Translations under genes and position numbers: made by a program
Assembly: GCA_041690555.1 (NCBI GenBank)
Contig: JAWLHD010000002.1
Span: 1 to 34,065, forward strand
From: Anaerohalosphaeraceae bacterium
GTDB lineage: Bacteria > Planctomycetota > Phycisphaerae > Sedimentisphaerales > Anaerohalosphaeraceae
Length of the DNA: 34,065 nucleotides
Reading direction: 5' to 3'
Shown: piece by piece, positions 8,667 through 18,132 of the stretch
Numbering within the stretch: position 1 is the stretch's first letter
Layout of the letters: every line of letters begins with the position of its first letter
Notes under the pieces: generated by a model
What the model saw: only the letters and a program-made list of their open reading frames with translations
Told to the model about the DNA's origin: nothing
Databases searched by the model: none

Positions 8667-11600
8667 TTATTATTAGTTTGCTACTCCGGTCAAACAGCGC
8701 CTCAGTCTTGGCGATAACCTGGGCGTCCTTGTAATGCATCAGACAGATGGCCTTTGCAGGGCATTCGGATGCACATATGCCGCACCCATGACACATTGCG
8801 GCCTCAATAACAGCTGCACCGTCAGCGTTTATCCGCGGCACATCATACGGGCATGTTCGCACGCATGTAAGGCAGGCGGCGCACAGGTCCGGGTTGACCA
8901 CGCTGACTATGCCGCTGACTTCCATAATCTTACGCGACAGAATTGAGACGGCCCTTGTGGCGGCGGCCTGAGCCTGGGTGATTGTCTCGTCGATGAACTT
9001 CGGCGCGTGGCAGGTTCCACAGAGAAACAGGCCGTCGGAGGCGAAGTCAACCGGCCGCAGTTTCATGTGAGCTTCAAGAAAGAAGCCCTCCAGCGTGACC
9101 GGCACCTTAAACGCCGTACCCACTGTCTCATTATCAGGCTGCGGCACCATTGCGGCGCTGAGTATCAGGGCATCAGGATCAAAACCGATCGTGATACCCG
9201 AATTGAGATCGCGGACCTTAACGCTGAGCCGGCCGGCCGTGTCGGCACTCACAGATGGTTTGCCGTCCACATCATATCTGAAGAACAACACGCCTGCACG
9301 TCTCGCCTCGTTGTAGCAGTCCTCTCGGAAGCCATAAGTTCGAATGTCCCGGTAGAGCACGGCAACCGTCGCATCGGGATTGGCGCGTTTGATTGCCGTG
9401 GCGTTCCGGACGGCAACGGTGCAGCATACGCGGCTGCAGATCATGCGGTCCGGTTCGCGCGAGCCCACACACTGAATCATCACGACCTCGCGCAGCCTCT
9501 TGGCGAAATCCGGATCGCTATGCAGGCGGTCTTCGAGTTCGAGCTGCGTCATGACGCGGTCATTATCGCCGTAAAGATACTCGATCGGCTTGGATTCACC
9601 GGCGCCGGTGGCGATAATCGCCGCACCGTGTTCGATCTCCAGCGTCTGCGGATCTGCGCCATCAATCTGCACCACAGACTTGAAGTCGCCGATGAATCCC
9701 TTGCACTCCTTGAGTGTCGCACGCAAATGAACGTCGATATTCTCGTGCTGGCGGACCTGCCGTACAAAATTTGCGAGCATTTCCTGTGGATCAGCTTCAT
9801 CCAGCATCTTGTGAATTTTGCGGGCATTTCCTCCAAGCTGGTCCGTCTTCTCGATCAGGTGAACCCCGTAACCCTGATTGGCTATCGACAGGGCCGCGGC
9901 CATGCCGCCGACACCACCGCCCACAACCACGGCGGTTCTATTGGGGACGTACTTCTTTGTTTCAAGGGGCTCGACAGTGGCCGCGCGTCCGACGGCCATT
10001 TTGACAAGATCGAAAGCCTTCTGTTCAGTAAGATCACCCAGACGCGTGTGCACCCAGGTGCACTGATCGCGGATGTTGGCCATTTCGAAGAGATAGGGAT
10101 TGAGCCCGACTTCGCGGACAGTGTCCTGGAAGAGCGGCTCGTGCGTCCGAGGCGTGCAAGAGGCCACGACAACCCGGTTGATATCGTGTTTCTCTATGTT
10201 GTCCTTTATTGCCTGCAAGCCATCCGGGGAACAGGTATACAGCAGGTCCGCAGCAAAAACAACGTTTGGAAGATCTGCCGCCTGCCCGGCGAGCTTCACG
10301 CAGTCAATAACACTGCCGATATTTGAGCCGCAATGACAGATGAAGACGCCGATGCGGGGGTCCATACCTAACACGTTACGCTGGTCCGGGTAGTGCTTGT
10401 CGGCAACCTGAGTGCCGCGGGCCTCGGCCAGGAGTTCCATTGCCGCAGCCGCTGCGGCGCTGGCCTGCGTAACACTTTCGGGTATGTCCTTGGGGCTTTC
10501 AAATGCACCCGCCAGATAAACACCGTCGCGCGACGATCTCGCCGGCTCGTAGTCACGGGAGCGCGCGAACTTGTAGGCATTCAGGTCTATGCCGCATGTT
10601 TGGGCAAGGCGGCCTGTACCATCCGAAGGGCAAAGGCCGGAGGACAGGATGACCATGTCGAATTGCTCTTCGAGCCATGTCTTTCCGTCCTCGCTGTATT
10701 CGATGCTAAGATTATGGTTCTTGAAATCCTGTCGGACCGCCGACGGTCGTGTGTGAATATACGTGACGCCGTATTTGGCCCTGGCTCGCTCGTAGTATTC
10801 GTCGAATCCCTTGCCAAAAGCCCGGACATCCATCACGAAGATCTTAATGTTAACGTCCCGCGAATGCTCGGCGATGACAATGGCCTGCTTCGTTGCATAC
10901 ATGCAGCAGACGCTTGAACACCAGGGGTTCTCGGTGTCGCGAGAGCCGACGCACTGAATGAAGGCGATCCTGCGAGGCTCGACGCCGTCGGAGGGTCTTC
11001 GGAGATGTCCCAGCGTAGGGCCGGATGCACTCAGCAGGCGTTCGCAGTCAAGGGCGCTAATGACGTTGGGGAAACGACGGTAACCATACTCGCCTTTCTT
11101 CGCCGCGTCATAAAGATCGAAGCCCGGCGCCAGGATCAGCGCTCCCACATCAAGCGTTAGTTCTTTGGGCTTGTCGTCGTAGACAATGGCGTCGGCTTCG
11201 CAGAGCTTTTCGCACAGACCGCAGGACGAGCAGATCGCGCAATACAGACAGCGATCCGCTTCAGCGACTGCCATCTCTTCGGCGAAGCCCAGGTCCACTT
11301 CTTCAAATCTGCGGCGTCGATCAAGCGAGATTGTCGGCATTTGCACGCGCCGCAAGATTTTCTCTTTTCGCTGTTTGAGTTCGTCTTTCGATATCTCGAC
11401 AACCGGCTGTTTGTCTTCGGACGGCAATTCGACGCCGCGCAGCCATGCATCTATTGCTTTGGCTGCGAATTGCCCGTCGGCAGCCGCCTGAACGACGCTG
11501 GCCGCGCCCCGGACTACGTCTCCGCCGACAAAAACACCCTGCCAGGAGGTCATCCCTGTGTTAGGATTAACGTCGACGGTGCCGCGCGGGGTGAGTTCGA

Positions 11601-13125
11601 TCCTGCCGCCCTCGGCAAAGAGCCCGAGTTCCGGCCTCTGACCTATTGAAACAATCAATTCATCGGCGGTGATGATCTGTTCGGTGCCATGGATTGTTTC
11701 CAATTCAAGACGACCGTCCACAAAGGCCATTCGTCGGACATCCAGTATTTCCAGCCCGGTGAAGGTCCCTGCTTCTCCCGTAATGCGTTTCGTTGCCTTG
11801 GAAGCCAGCACCTCGACACCCTCTTCCTGTGCCCACTGGATCTCCCACGGATATGCAGGCATCTTGTCGTGGGACTCGAGACAGACCACGCGCACCCGCT
11901 TGGCGCCGAGGCGGAGCGAAGTACGCGCACAATCCATAGCAACATTGCCGCCCCCGATGACGATTACGCTTTCCTTAACCGAGGTCTTCGTGCCAAGTCG
12001 CACCTCCCGAAGAAAATCGATTCCGTGCGAAACCTCTTTCAAGTCCTCGCCGGGCAGGCCGAGGCGAGCGCTCTTGTGCGAACCGACCGAAAGGAACACA
12101 GCATCGAAGCCCTCGTCAATGATGGCCTGAATATCTTCCTGGTGTCGAACGTGGCTGTGGAGCTTCACATCGACACCATAATCAAGGATGCTTTGAATGT
12201 CCCGGTCGATAACCTCGGTTGGTAAACGGTATTCCGGAATGCCTATCCGCATCATACCGCCCAGGACGCCATGCTTTTCGAAGACAGTTACGGCATAGCC
12301 CGCCTTGCGCAGGTCCAGTGCCGCCGCCAGACCTGCCGGCCCGGAGCCGATGACTGCGACCTTGCGACCGTTCTCCACGATAGATGACTGCTTCTGCTCA
12401 GGAGTCGGCTTCTCGCCGTGCTTTTCGTACCAGTCCGCCAGGAAGCGCTTCACATAAGCGATCGCGATCGGATCGTCGAGATTCCCCCGATTGCAGGCCT
12501 GCTCACACGGGTGTTCGCATATCCGGCCGCAGATGCCCGGAAAGGGATTATTCGCGACAGCGGATTCATAGGCCTCCTGAAAACGCCCGGCGGCGGTTAG
12601 AGCGACGTATCCGCTCGGATTGCCATGAATGGGACAGGCGTCGTAGCAGGGCGCCCACCCTTGGCGAGTCATCGCGAATTTGTTGGGCACAGCTTGCGGA
12701 TATTTCTTAAAAATCGCTCGCCGATCCCCCAAAAGTTGGTTGTACTCATCCTTGACCGGCACTGGGCAGTTTTCAGCACAAACACCGCACCCGGTGCACT
12801 TTTCCAAGTCGACGAAATTCGGCCGCTGCGTTACCGTCGCACGAAAGCTTCCGGCCTGTCCGGTAAGCTGCGAAACCTCCGCATTGGTGATGATTTCGAT
12901 GTTTCGGTGAGTGCCGGCGGCAACAAGCCGCGGACTAATTGTACACATGGCACAATCGTTGGTGGGAAATGTCTTGTCCAACTGCGCCATGCGCCCGCCG
13001 ATTGCCGTGCTGGATTCGACAAGGTAAACCTTGAAACCTGAATCCGCCAGATCGAGGGATGCATGGATGCCTGCAATGCCCCCGCCGACCACCAGGACCG
13101 AACCGATTTTAGTGTTTTCGACCAT
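8659..13125 (-). CDS. hdrA: Giant (1488 aa) HdrA-like flavoprotein: two HdrA modules with an inserted GltD/NfnB-like NAD(P)H oxidoreductase module (HdrL-like architecture)
   Basis: Domain layout by residue:
- aa 1-155: HdrA FAD fold (VVGGGIAGI; CTGCGVCAENCP).
- aa ~158-565: glutamate-synthase-small-subunit-like (CGRICEHPCEQAC; VAVIGSGPAGLAAA; VIVIGGGNVAMDCA; VFVGGDVVRGAASVVQAAADG).
- aa ~625-905: remainder of HdrA module 1 (CLYCAICSSCGLCEKLC; CVGSRD..CSSVCC).
- aa ~920-1488: a complete second HdrA (CHCGSNIG; ASCTPRTHEPLFQ; VVVGGGVGGMAAA; CVGSRE..CSRVCC; C-terminal CAACLTCVRTCP and CHGCGICASECP).
There are no in-frame stops. Confidence 0.9.
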   Translation of the reverse strand: MVENTKIGSVLVVGGGIAGIHASLDLADSGFKVYLVESSTAIGGRMAQLDKTFPTNDCAMCTISPRLVAAGTHRNIEIITNAEVSQLTGQAGSFRATVTQRPNFVDLEKCTGCGVCAENCPVPVKDEYNQLLGDRRAIFKKYPQAVPNKFAMTRQGWAPCYDACPIHGNPSGYVALTAAGRFQEAYESAVANNPFPGICGRICEHPCEQACNRGNLDDPIAIAYVKRFLADWYEKHGEKPTPEQKQSSIVENGRKVAVIGSGPAGLAAALDLRKAGYAVTVFEKHGVLGGMMRIGIPEYRLPTEVIDRDIQSILDYGVDVKLHSHVRHQEDIQAIIDEGFDAVFLSVGSHKSARLGLPGEDLKEVSHGIDFLREVRLGTKTSVKESVIVIGGGNVAMDCARTSLRLGAKRVRVVCLESHDKMPAYPWEIQWAQEEGVEVLASKATKRITGEAGTFTGLEILDVRRMAFVDGRLELETIHGTEQIITADELIVSIGQRPELGLFAEGGRIELTPRGTVDVNPNTGMTSWQGVFVGGDVVRGAASVVQAAADGQFAAKAIDAWLRGVELPSEDKQPVVEISKDELKQRKEKILRRVQMPTISLDRRRRFEEVDLGFAEEMAVAEADRCLYCAICSSCGLCEKLCEADAIVYDDKPKELTLDVGALILAPGFDLYDAAKKGEYGYRRFPNVISALDCERLLSASGPTLGHLRRPSDGVEPRRIAFIQCVGSRDTENPWCSSVCCMYATKQAIVIAEHSRDVNIKIFVMDVRAFGKGFDEYYERARAKYGVTYIHTRPSAVRQDFKNHNLSIEYSEDGKTWLEEQFDMVILSSGLCPSDGTGRLAQTCGIDLNAYKFARSRDYEPARSSRDGVYLAGAFESPKDIPESVTQASAAAAAAMELLAEARGTQVADKHYPDQRNVLGMDPRIGVFICHCGSNIGSVIDCVKLAGQAADLPNVVFAADLLYTCSPDGLQAIKDNIEKHDINRVVVASCTPRTHEPLFQDTVREVGLNPYLFEMANIRDQCTWVHTRLGDLTEQKAFDLVKMAVGRAATVEPLETKKYVPNRTAVVVGGGVGGMAAALSIANQGYGVHLIEKTDQLGGNARKIHKMLDEADPQEMLANFVRQVRQHENIDVHLRATLKECKGFIGDFKSVVQIDGADPQTLEIEHGAAIIATGAGESKPIEYLYGDNDRVMTQLELEDRLHSDPDFAKRLREVVMIQCVGSREPDRMICSRVCCTVAVRNATAIKRANPDATVAVLYRDIRTYGFREDCYNEARRAGVLFFRYDVDGKPSVSADTAGRLSVKVRDLNSGITIGFDPDALILSAAMVPQPDNETVGTAFKVPVTLEGFFLEAHMKLRPVDFASDGLFLCGTCHAPKFIDETITQAQAAATRAVSILSRKIMEVSGIVSVVNPDLCAACLTCVRTCPYDVPRINADGAAVIEAAMCHGCGICASECPAKAICLMHYKDAQVIAKTEALFDRSSKLIIND

Positions 13126-13165
13126 TATATAAGATCAATTCTCGTTCCGTCCTCGATTTGTTCGA

Positions 13166-14929
13166 TTAGAACAGGCCATGAACTTTGCCTGTGTCAACGT
13201 CAACGTCGATCCGCCGGAAGGCCGGATCGGAAGCTGTGCCGGGCATCAGCTTGATATCGCCGGCGACAGGAACAACGAAACCCGCCCCTCGGTAGATCAT
13301 AATGTCACGGATAGGCAATTGCCAGCCCGCAGGTCGATTTTTCAGGTCCGGATCGTGTGAGAGGCTCAAGTGTGTCTTGACCATGCAAGTCCCCAACTCC
13401 TTTGCCGCCGGATCCGCCTCGATCACCTTGGCCTTGGCAAGCGCCTCCTCCGTGTATGTAACGCCGTCGGCGCCGTACACCTCCTTGGCTATGAGTTCGA
13501 TACGTTTACGCAGGGGCGTGTCAAGCTCGTACAGGAAGCGGAAGTTATTCTTCTCCTCGCATGCCGCCACCACTGCCTCTGCCAGCTCGACCGCCCCTTC
13601 GCCGCCCTTGAGCCAGTGCTTCGACAAGGCGGCCAGCGCACCGTTCTGTTCGGCAATCCTGCGAACAAGTTCTATTTCCGCCTTTGTATCCGTGTAGAAG
13701 CTGTTGACGCAGACAATGGGGCGCACGCCGGACTTTTTCACTGTCTCAATGTGCGCAATCAGATTTTCGCAGCCTGTCTCAAGAAGGCCGAGATCTTCTT
13801 TTGCATATTCCTTGCTTAGCGGCATACCGGGCTTTACCGCCGGTCCCCCGCCGTGCATCTTCAGGGCCCGAATGGTAGCGACGATCACAACAGCATGCGG
13901 TACGAGGCCCGACATGCGGCACTTGAGATTCCAAAACTTCTCGAAGCCTACGTCTGCGCCGAATCCGCTCTCGGTAACAAGGTAGTCACTCAAGCGTGTG
14001 CCCACCAGGTCGGCGATTATGGAACTCTGTCCGATCGCGATGTTGGCGAAGGGACCCGCGTGAACGAGAATCGGCTGGCCCTCGATAGTCTGCATTAAAT
14101 TGGGATTCAGGGCGTTGAGCATCCAGGCAGTCATGGCCCCATCCACCTCAAGGTCGGCGGTGGTAATCTCATTGCCTTTCTTGTCGTGAGCAACCACGAT
14201 TCTGGCCATTCGCTGCCGGAAGTCCTTCAGGTCTTTGGCAACTGCGAGTATGGCCATCACTTCGCTCGAGACGGTGATCTGAAAACCCGATTCCATCTCA
14301 TAACCGTCCATCCTGCCGCCCTTGCCGATGGTGATATTGCGCAGCGCCTGCGCGCAGAAATCCATAGCCCATCGCATTTGAACGCGATCAGGGTCGATAT
14401 TGAGGCGTGTGAGGCTGCTTCTTGCCAGCCGTGCGTCGTCATAGTTGCGTTCGTGCTGCATCCGAGCGGTAAGCGCCACCATTGCAAGATTGTGGGCGTT
14501 GGCAATGCAGTCAATGTCCCCGGAAAGGCCAAACGACAGTGGCGTAAGCGGAATGCACTGAGCCAGACCACCACCAGCCGCTGAACCCTTGATATTGAAC
14601 GTGGGACCGCTGCTCGGCTGGCGGATGGCGCCTACTACGCGTTTGCCTATCTTACCCAGACCCTGCACCAGCCCGATAGCCGTCGTGGTCTTGCCTTCTC
14701 CGAGAGGCGTGGGCGTAATGGCGGTGACGTCTACGTACTTGCCCTGCGCATTATCCTTGACGCGCTCCAGAATCCTGAGGTAATCGAGTTTGGCCAGTTT
14801 TGTGCCGACGGGCAGCATTTCGCTGTTCGCCAAACCGAGTTCACACGCCAAGTGGTCAAGTGACTTCATATTCTCTTCGGCGGCCTCGGCAATCTGCCAG
14901 TCCGCCATCACGGTCGGATCCAGTTTCAT
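13166..14929 (-). CDS. fhs: Formate--tetrahydrofolate ligase
   Basis: The P-loop [12 protein letters not shown] and the motifs [24 protein letters not shown] and [14 protein letters not shown] are the characteristic full-length FTHFS pattern. Confidence 0.95.
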   Translation of the reverse strand: MKLDPTVMADWQIAEAAEENMKSLDHLACELGLANSEMLPVGTKLAKLDYLRILERVKDNAQGKYVDVTAITPTPLGEGKTTTAIGLVQGLGKIGKRVVGAIRQPSSGPTFNIKGSAAGGGLAQCIPLTPLSFGLSGDIDCIANAHNLAMVALTARMQHERNYDDARLARSSLTRLNIDPDRVQMRWAMDFCAQALRNITIGKGGRMDGYEMESGFQITVSSEVMAILAVAKDLKDFRQRMARIVVAHDKKGNEITTADLEVDGAMTAWMLNALNPNLMQTIEGQPILVHAGPFANIAIGQSSIIADLVGTRLSDYLVTESGFGADVGFEKFWNLKCRMSGLVPHAVVIVATIRALKMHGGGPAVKPGMPLSKEYAKEDLGLLETGCENLIAHIETVKKSGVRPIVCVNSFYTDTKAEIELVRRIAEQNGALAALSKHWLKGGEGAVELAEAVVAACEEKNNFRFLYELDTPLRKRIELIAKEVYGADGVTYTEEALAKAKVIEADPAAKELGTCMVKTHLSLSHDPDLKNRPAGWQLPIRDIMIYRGAGFVVPVAGDIKLMPGTASDPAFRRIDVDVDTGKVHGLF

Positions 14930-15388
14930 GAATTACTTCCTCATAGTTACGGTTGCACCGAGGCTGCATTATCCGTTTCGATAGGCTTTCAAGCAGTTGT
15001 CTGAATAGAACTTGTTCAGGAGCATCTCTGCAGTTACACGTCAACAAGTTTACCACTGGGCACGTCTACAATGGCGAGTCAGCCGTCCGATATCGCCATT
15101 GCAGCCATGTGCGATTGATGAGGCTCTGTTCGGCCTCCGTCTGTGACAGACTCGAAAGGCTCACGTGACAGGGCGATGACATGCCGCCGTTGCCCATAGA
15201 TTGCGCCATTTCGACGTATTTGTCCAGAACTTCTTCACCACTCTTTTCATCAGTTGGCTCTGGTCGAGGAGAATGCCCGTGCCAGATGTGGTCCAGCGGC
15301 CCGTACCCGGACCAACGGTTCTTCTGTCTATTGCGGAATCCGCCACAAACAAGATTGCCCATAATGAGCCGACAGATTGCACGAGCGG

Positions 15389-17065
15389 TTAGTAACCCTG
15401 CCGCCGGTACGTCCTGGGCGAATGTTTCACACCGTGGCACTCCAGATAACACTGTCCGCGAAAGCTGCCCATGTCCTCGAACTCCAAACGCCCCGTATCC
15501 GGGTCCGCAAGAACGACCCCGGCGTCGAAGTTCATCAGGTTGCTGTTGTTCACCGGGTTGCCCTGCGTCAGACTGATTCCGTGCGGATCGTGGCACACCG
15601 AACACGGTGCCTTCTGGTCCTCGATATGTCTCTTATGCTCGCTGAAACTGTCGTTGTTCAGGATGCTTTCGCGATCGTGGCACCGATAGCACAACTCGTA
15701 TGCATAGGGGCTCTCCTGCGTATAGTCGTCAGTCTCGTACTGATACGCCAGCAAAAATGGAAAACGTGATCCGTGAGGCCCGTTCGCCGCCGATGATGAG
15801 TCCGAACCGTGGCAGTCCGTGCAGTAGATCATCGTACTCTCGTCCATCCCCGCAACAAGGCTCGGAACGTTCGGGTTGGCCCCACGCGCGACAACCGGAT
15901 GATACGAAGGATTGCCCCTCTCGAATTCCAGTAGCGTGCTGGTCTGCGTGATCTGCCGTGAAGTCGTCCCAATTACCTGTACCGGATTGTTGCCATGACA
16001 CTTGAAGCAGACCTCGTATTCGTAAATTGCCCTGTCGATGATGCTTCCCTCGCTGGTTACGCCGCTGACACCTCGCATTGCCTCGCGTATTAACGGCGCC
16101 TGCACCTGCCCAACAGTCGCCTTCACAATGTGCGGGTTGTGGCAATCAACGCATTCGACGTGTTCCTCCGTGGTCCCGGGCGCCTCCATAATGTCGTGAA
16201 CGCCCTGGTAGTTCTTGACGAAGTGCCCGCTGGTCCGGTCGAATTCATTTTCCATGTTTTTCTGTGCCACCAGCCCGTTATGACAGCTAAGGCAATTCTT
16301 CTCCTCTTCGGCGAAGTGAAGCAGCCGCTGCGCCCCTCCCGCCGAGTGTGGCCGATGGCACGACAGACACCCGTTGTCGGCGACCGTAAGATACCCAGTC
16401 TGAGTCAGGTACGGATTCTGTGCCTGCCCCACCGCAGCCGTCGACGTTGCGTGTACACTGCCCGCCCATCCGTCCAGGTTATGGCAAGTAATGCAAAGCC
16501 GCGAGCCCGCGTTCGGCGCCACCAGAAAATGTCCGAACGTATCATTGTGAGGATCATGACACGTAACGCACTGCATCTCCCCAAACTCGTCCAGCCGAAA
16601 TTCATTCGGCAATGAATCCGGGTGGCGAATCTGCGGGTCTTTTGCCGCCAACTCCGCCGAATAAACAAAGCTCACCGGGTGATCGTCCGAAAGGTCCGTA
16701 CCCAGGTTCGCGCGACCCGGCGGCATGAACGCAGACCCAGGCCTGCCGTTTACCGTCGCGTCCAGCGCCACCGTACCGTCATGACAGCTCAGGCACAGCT
16801 TGCTCGATCCTGTCGGCTGCCCCACCTCCGCGTCAAGCGAGGTGCTCCAGTATATCTGGTATGTCCGCTCAGAAAGCTTGTGATTCCAGAGCGGCGTCCC
16901 TGGAATAGCCTTGTGCGGCGTATGGCAGAATTGACATGCCATGCTCCCGTCGCCACCCGGCGAGAAATCGTGCGCCGTCCCGGACACTCCGGAGCCGTTG
17001 GCCATCGCCCCGCACAAGCAGTACGCCGCAAGCATGATAACCGCCGCAATCGTCTTCGCTGTCAT
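15389..17065 (-). CDS. Exported dodecahaem c-type cytochrome (11 CXXCH + 1 CX3CH)
   Basis: Signal peptide MTAKTIAAVIMLAAYCLCGAMA. Haem motifs in order: CQFCH, CLSCH, CVTCH, CITCH, CLSCH, CLSCH, CVDCH, CFKCH, CTDCH, CYRCH, CSVCH, CYLECH. Many have a distal-His context (CxxCHxPH). The start overlaps the upstream NHL gene stop (ATGA, 17062-17065). Confidence 0.9.
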   Translation of the reverse strand: MTAKTIAAVIMLAAYCLCGAMANGSGVSGTAHDFSPGGDGSMACQFCHTPHKAIPGTPLWNHKLSERTYQIYWSTSLDAEVGQPTGSSKLCLSCHDGTVALDATVNGRPGSAFMPPGRANLGTDLSDDHPVSFVYSAELAAKDPQIRHPDSLPNEFRLDEFGEMQCVTCHDPHNDTFGHFLVAPNAGSRLCITCHNLDGWAGSVHATSTAAVGQAQNPYLTQTGYLTVADNGCLSCHRPHSAGGAQRLLHFAEEEKNCLSCHNGLVAQKNMENEFDRTSGHFVKNYQGVHDIMEAPGTTEEHVECVDCHNPHIVKATVGQVQAPLIREAMRGVSGVTSEGSIIDRAIYEYEVCFKCHGNNPVQVIGTTSRQITQTSTLLEFERGNPSYHPVVARGANPNVPSLVAGMDESTMIYCTDCHGSDSSSAANGPHGSRFPFLLAYQYETDDYTQESPYAYELCYRCHDRESILNNDSFSEHKRHIEDQKAPCSVCHDPHGISLTQGNPVNNSNLMNFDAGVVLADPDTGRLEFEDMGSFRGQCYLECHGVKHSPRTYRRQGY

Positions 17066-18120
17066 TGTCCCTGGACCTCCATGAATTGGAAGATCTGTAC
17101 CCTCTTGTTGAATGAGTCCGCCGCAAAGATCCGGTTGCGTCCGTCTATGAACAGCCCCATCGGCAGCCAGAACTCACCCGGCCCATGTCCCTCGCCGCCC
17201 AGCGCCATCAGTATCTGCCCTTCGCTGTTGAATATCTGAACGTTCTCGAACTGCTTGTCAGTCACATAAATGTTGCCGAAACTGTCCACGGCGATGCCGC
17301 ACGGGTGCGCAAAATGCCCCGGCCGATTGCCATGCTCCCCTATGCTTCGCACGAACCTGCCGTCGGCCTCGAAAACCTGGACACAGTAATTCAGCGTATC
17401 GCTGACATAGACGCGGCCCTGTCCGTCCACACACACGAACGTCGGAAACCGCAGACCTTTCGGGCTCTTGTCACCGATGCTGCCCGCGTGCCCACCCCGC
17501 AGATCGAACATCTCGACCACGTTTTTCTTCGTATCCACAACGTATAATCTCTGCTCTTTCCTGCAGTACGCCACCCCCGACGGCCGCTGCAGAATCTCCT
17601 CACCGAATGCGAAGCGGTACTTGCCGGCCTTGTCAAACACAAACACCCTCCCCAGCACGCTGTCCGACACATACACGCTCGCACCGGCGGCGGCAACCCC
17701 TACCGGCGACTGCAGCGGCTGGTTGCCCGCCCGCGAGAACTGCACGTATTCCCGTGTCCTCAAATCCATGACGTGAACCACCGCCGCCGAACCATCTGTA
17801 ACGAAGAGCCTTTCGTTTTCGTCGAGCGCAACGGCTCTCGGACCCCTGAGCACCCCCACCTCCTTGCGCCCGAAGATCAGTCGCCCCAGCGCCTCCACCC
17901 CGCTGACCTCTCGCTTGAGGTCCTCCTCACCCGTCATCTGCCCCACGTACCTGATCCTCGCCTGCTCCGGCGGCTCAGGCCACACTATAGGCTTGCCCCC
18001 GTCCGTAAACAGTTCCTGCCGCCCGCGCTCGCATCCGCCCCACAAACTCAGTACGAGAACGGCTGCCAGCCAACTCGCCGCCGTAACGTACCTGCGCAAT
18101 TTGTTAACCTTCATTCGCAT
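17062..18120 (-). CDS. Exported NHL-repeat six-bladed beta-propeller protein (lipoprotein-like signal)
   Basis: N-terminus MRMKVNKLRRYVTAASWLAAVLVLSLWGGC. NHL-type repeats are visible, for example G.GPGEF..P.G..ID...RIF.ADS.N.RVQIF and GIAVDSFGNIYVTDKQFENVQIF. Confidence 0.85.
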   Translation of the reverse strand: MRMKVNKLRRYVTAASWLAAVLVLSLWGGCERGRQELFTDGGKPIVWPEPPEQARIRYVGQMTGEEDLKREVSGVEALGRLIFGRKEVGVLRGPRAVALDENERLFVTDGSAAVVHVMDLRTREYVQFSRAGNQPLQSPVGVAAAGASVYVSDSVLGRVFVFDKAGKYRFAFGEEILQRPSGVAYCRKEQRLYVVDTKKNVVEMFDLRGGHAGSIGDKSPKGLRFPTFVCVDGQGRVYVSDTLNYCVQVFEADGRFVRSIGEHGNRPGHFAHPCGIAVDSFGNIYVTDKQFENVQIFNSEGQILMALGGEGHGPGEFWLPMGLFIDGRNRIFAADSFNKRVQIFQFMEVQGQ

Positions 18121-18132
18121 ATATCCATCCCG

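Noticed and set aside
14930-15388. ZTP (pfl) or THF riboswitch upstream of fhs
   Set aside because: I read the minus strand looking for the GGGUCGUGACUGGCG / CCGCCUGGGCA cores (ZTP) and a THF-like core. Only a loose CCACUGGGCA-like string was found, on the wrong (+) strand and in the wrong order. This needs an Infernal scan to settle.
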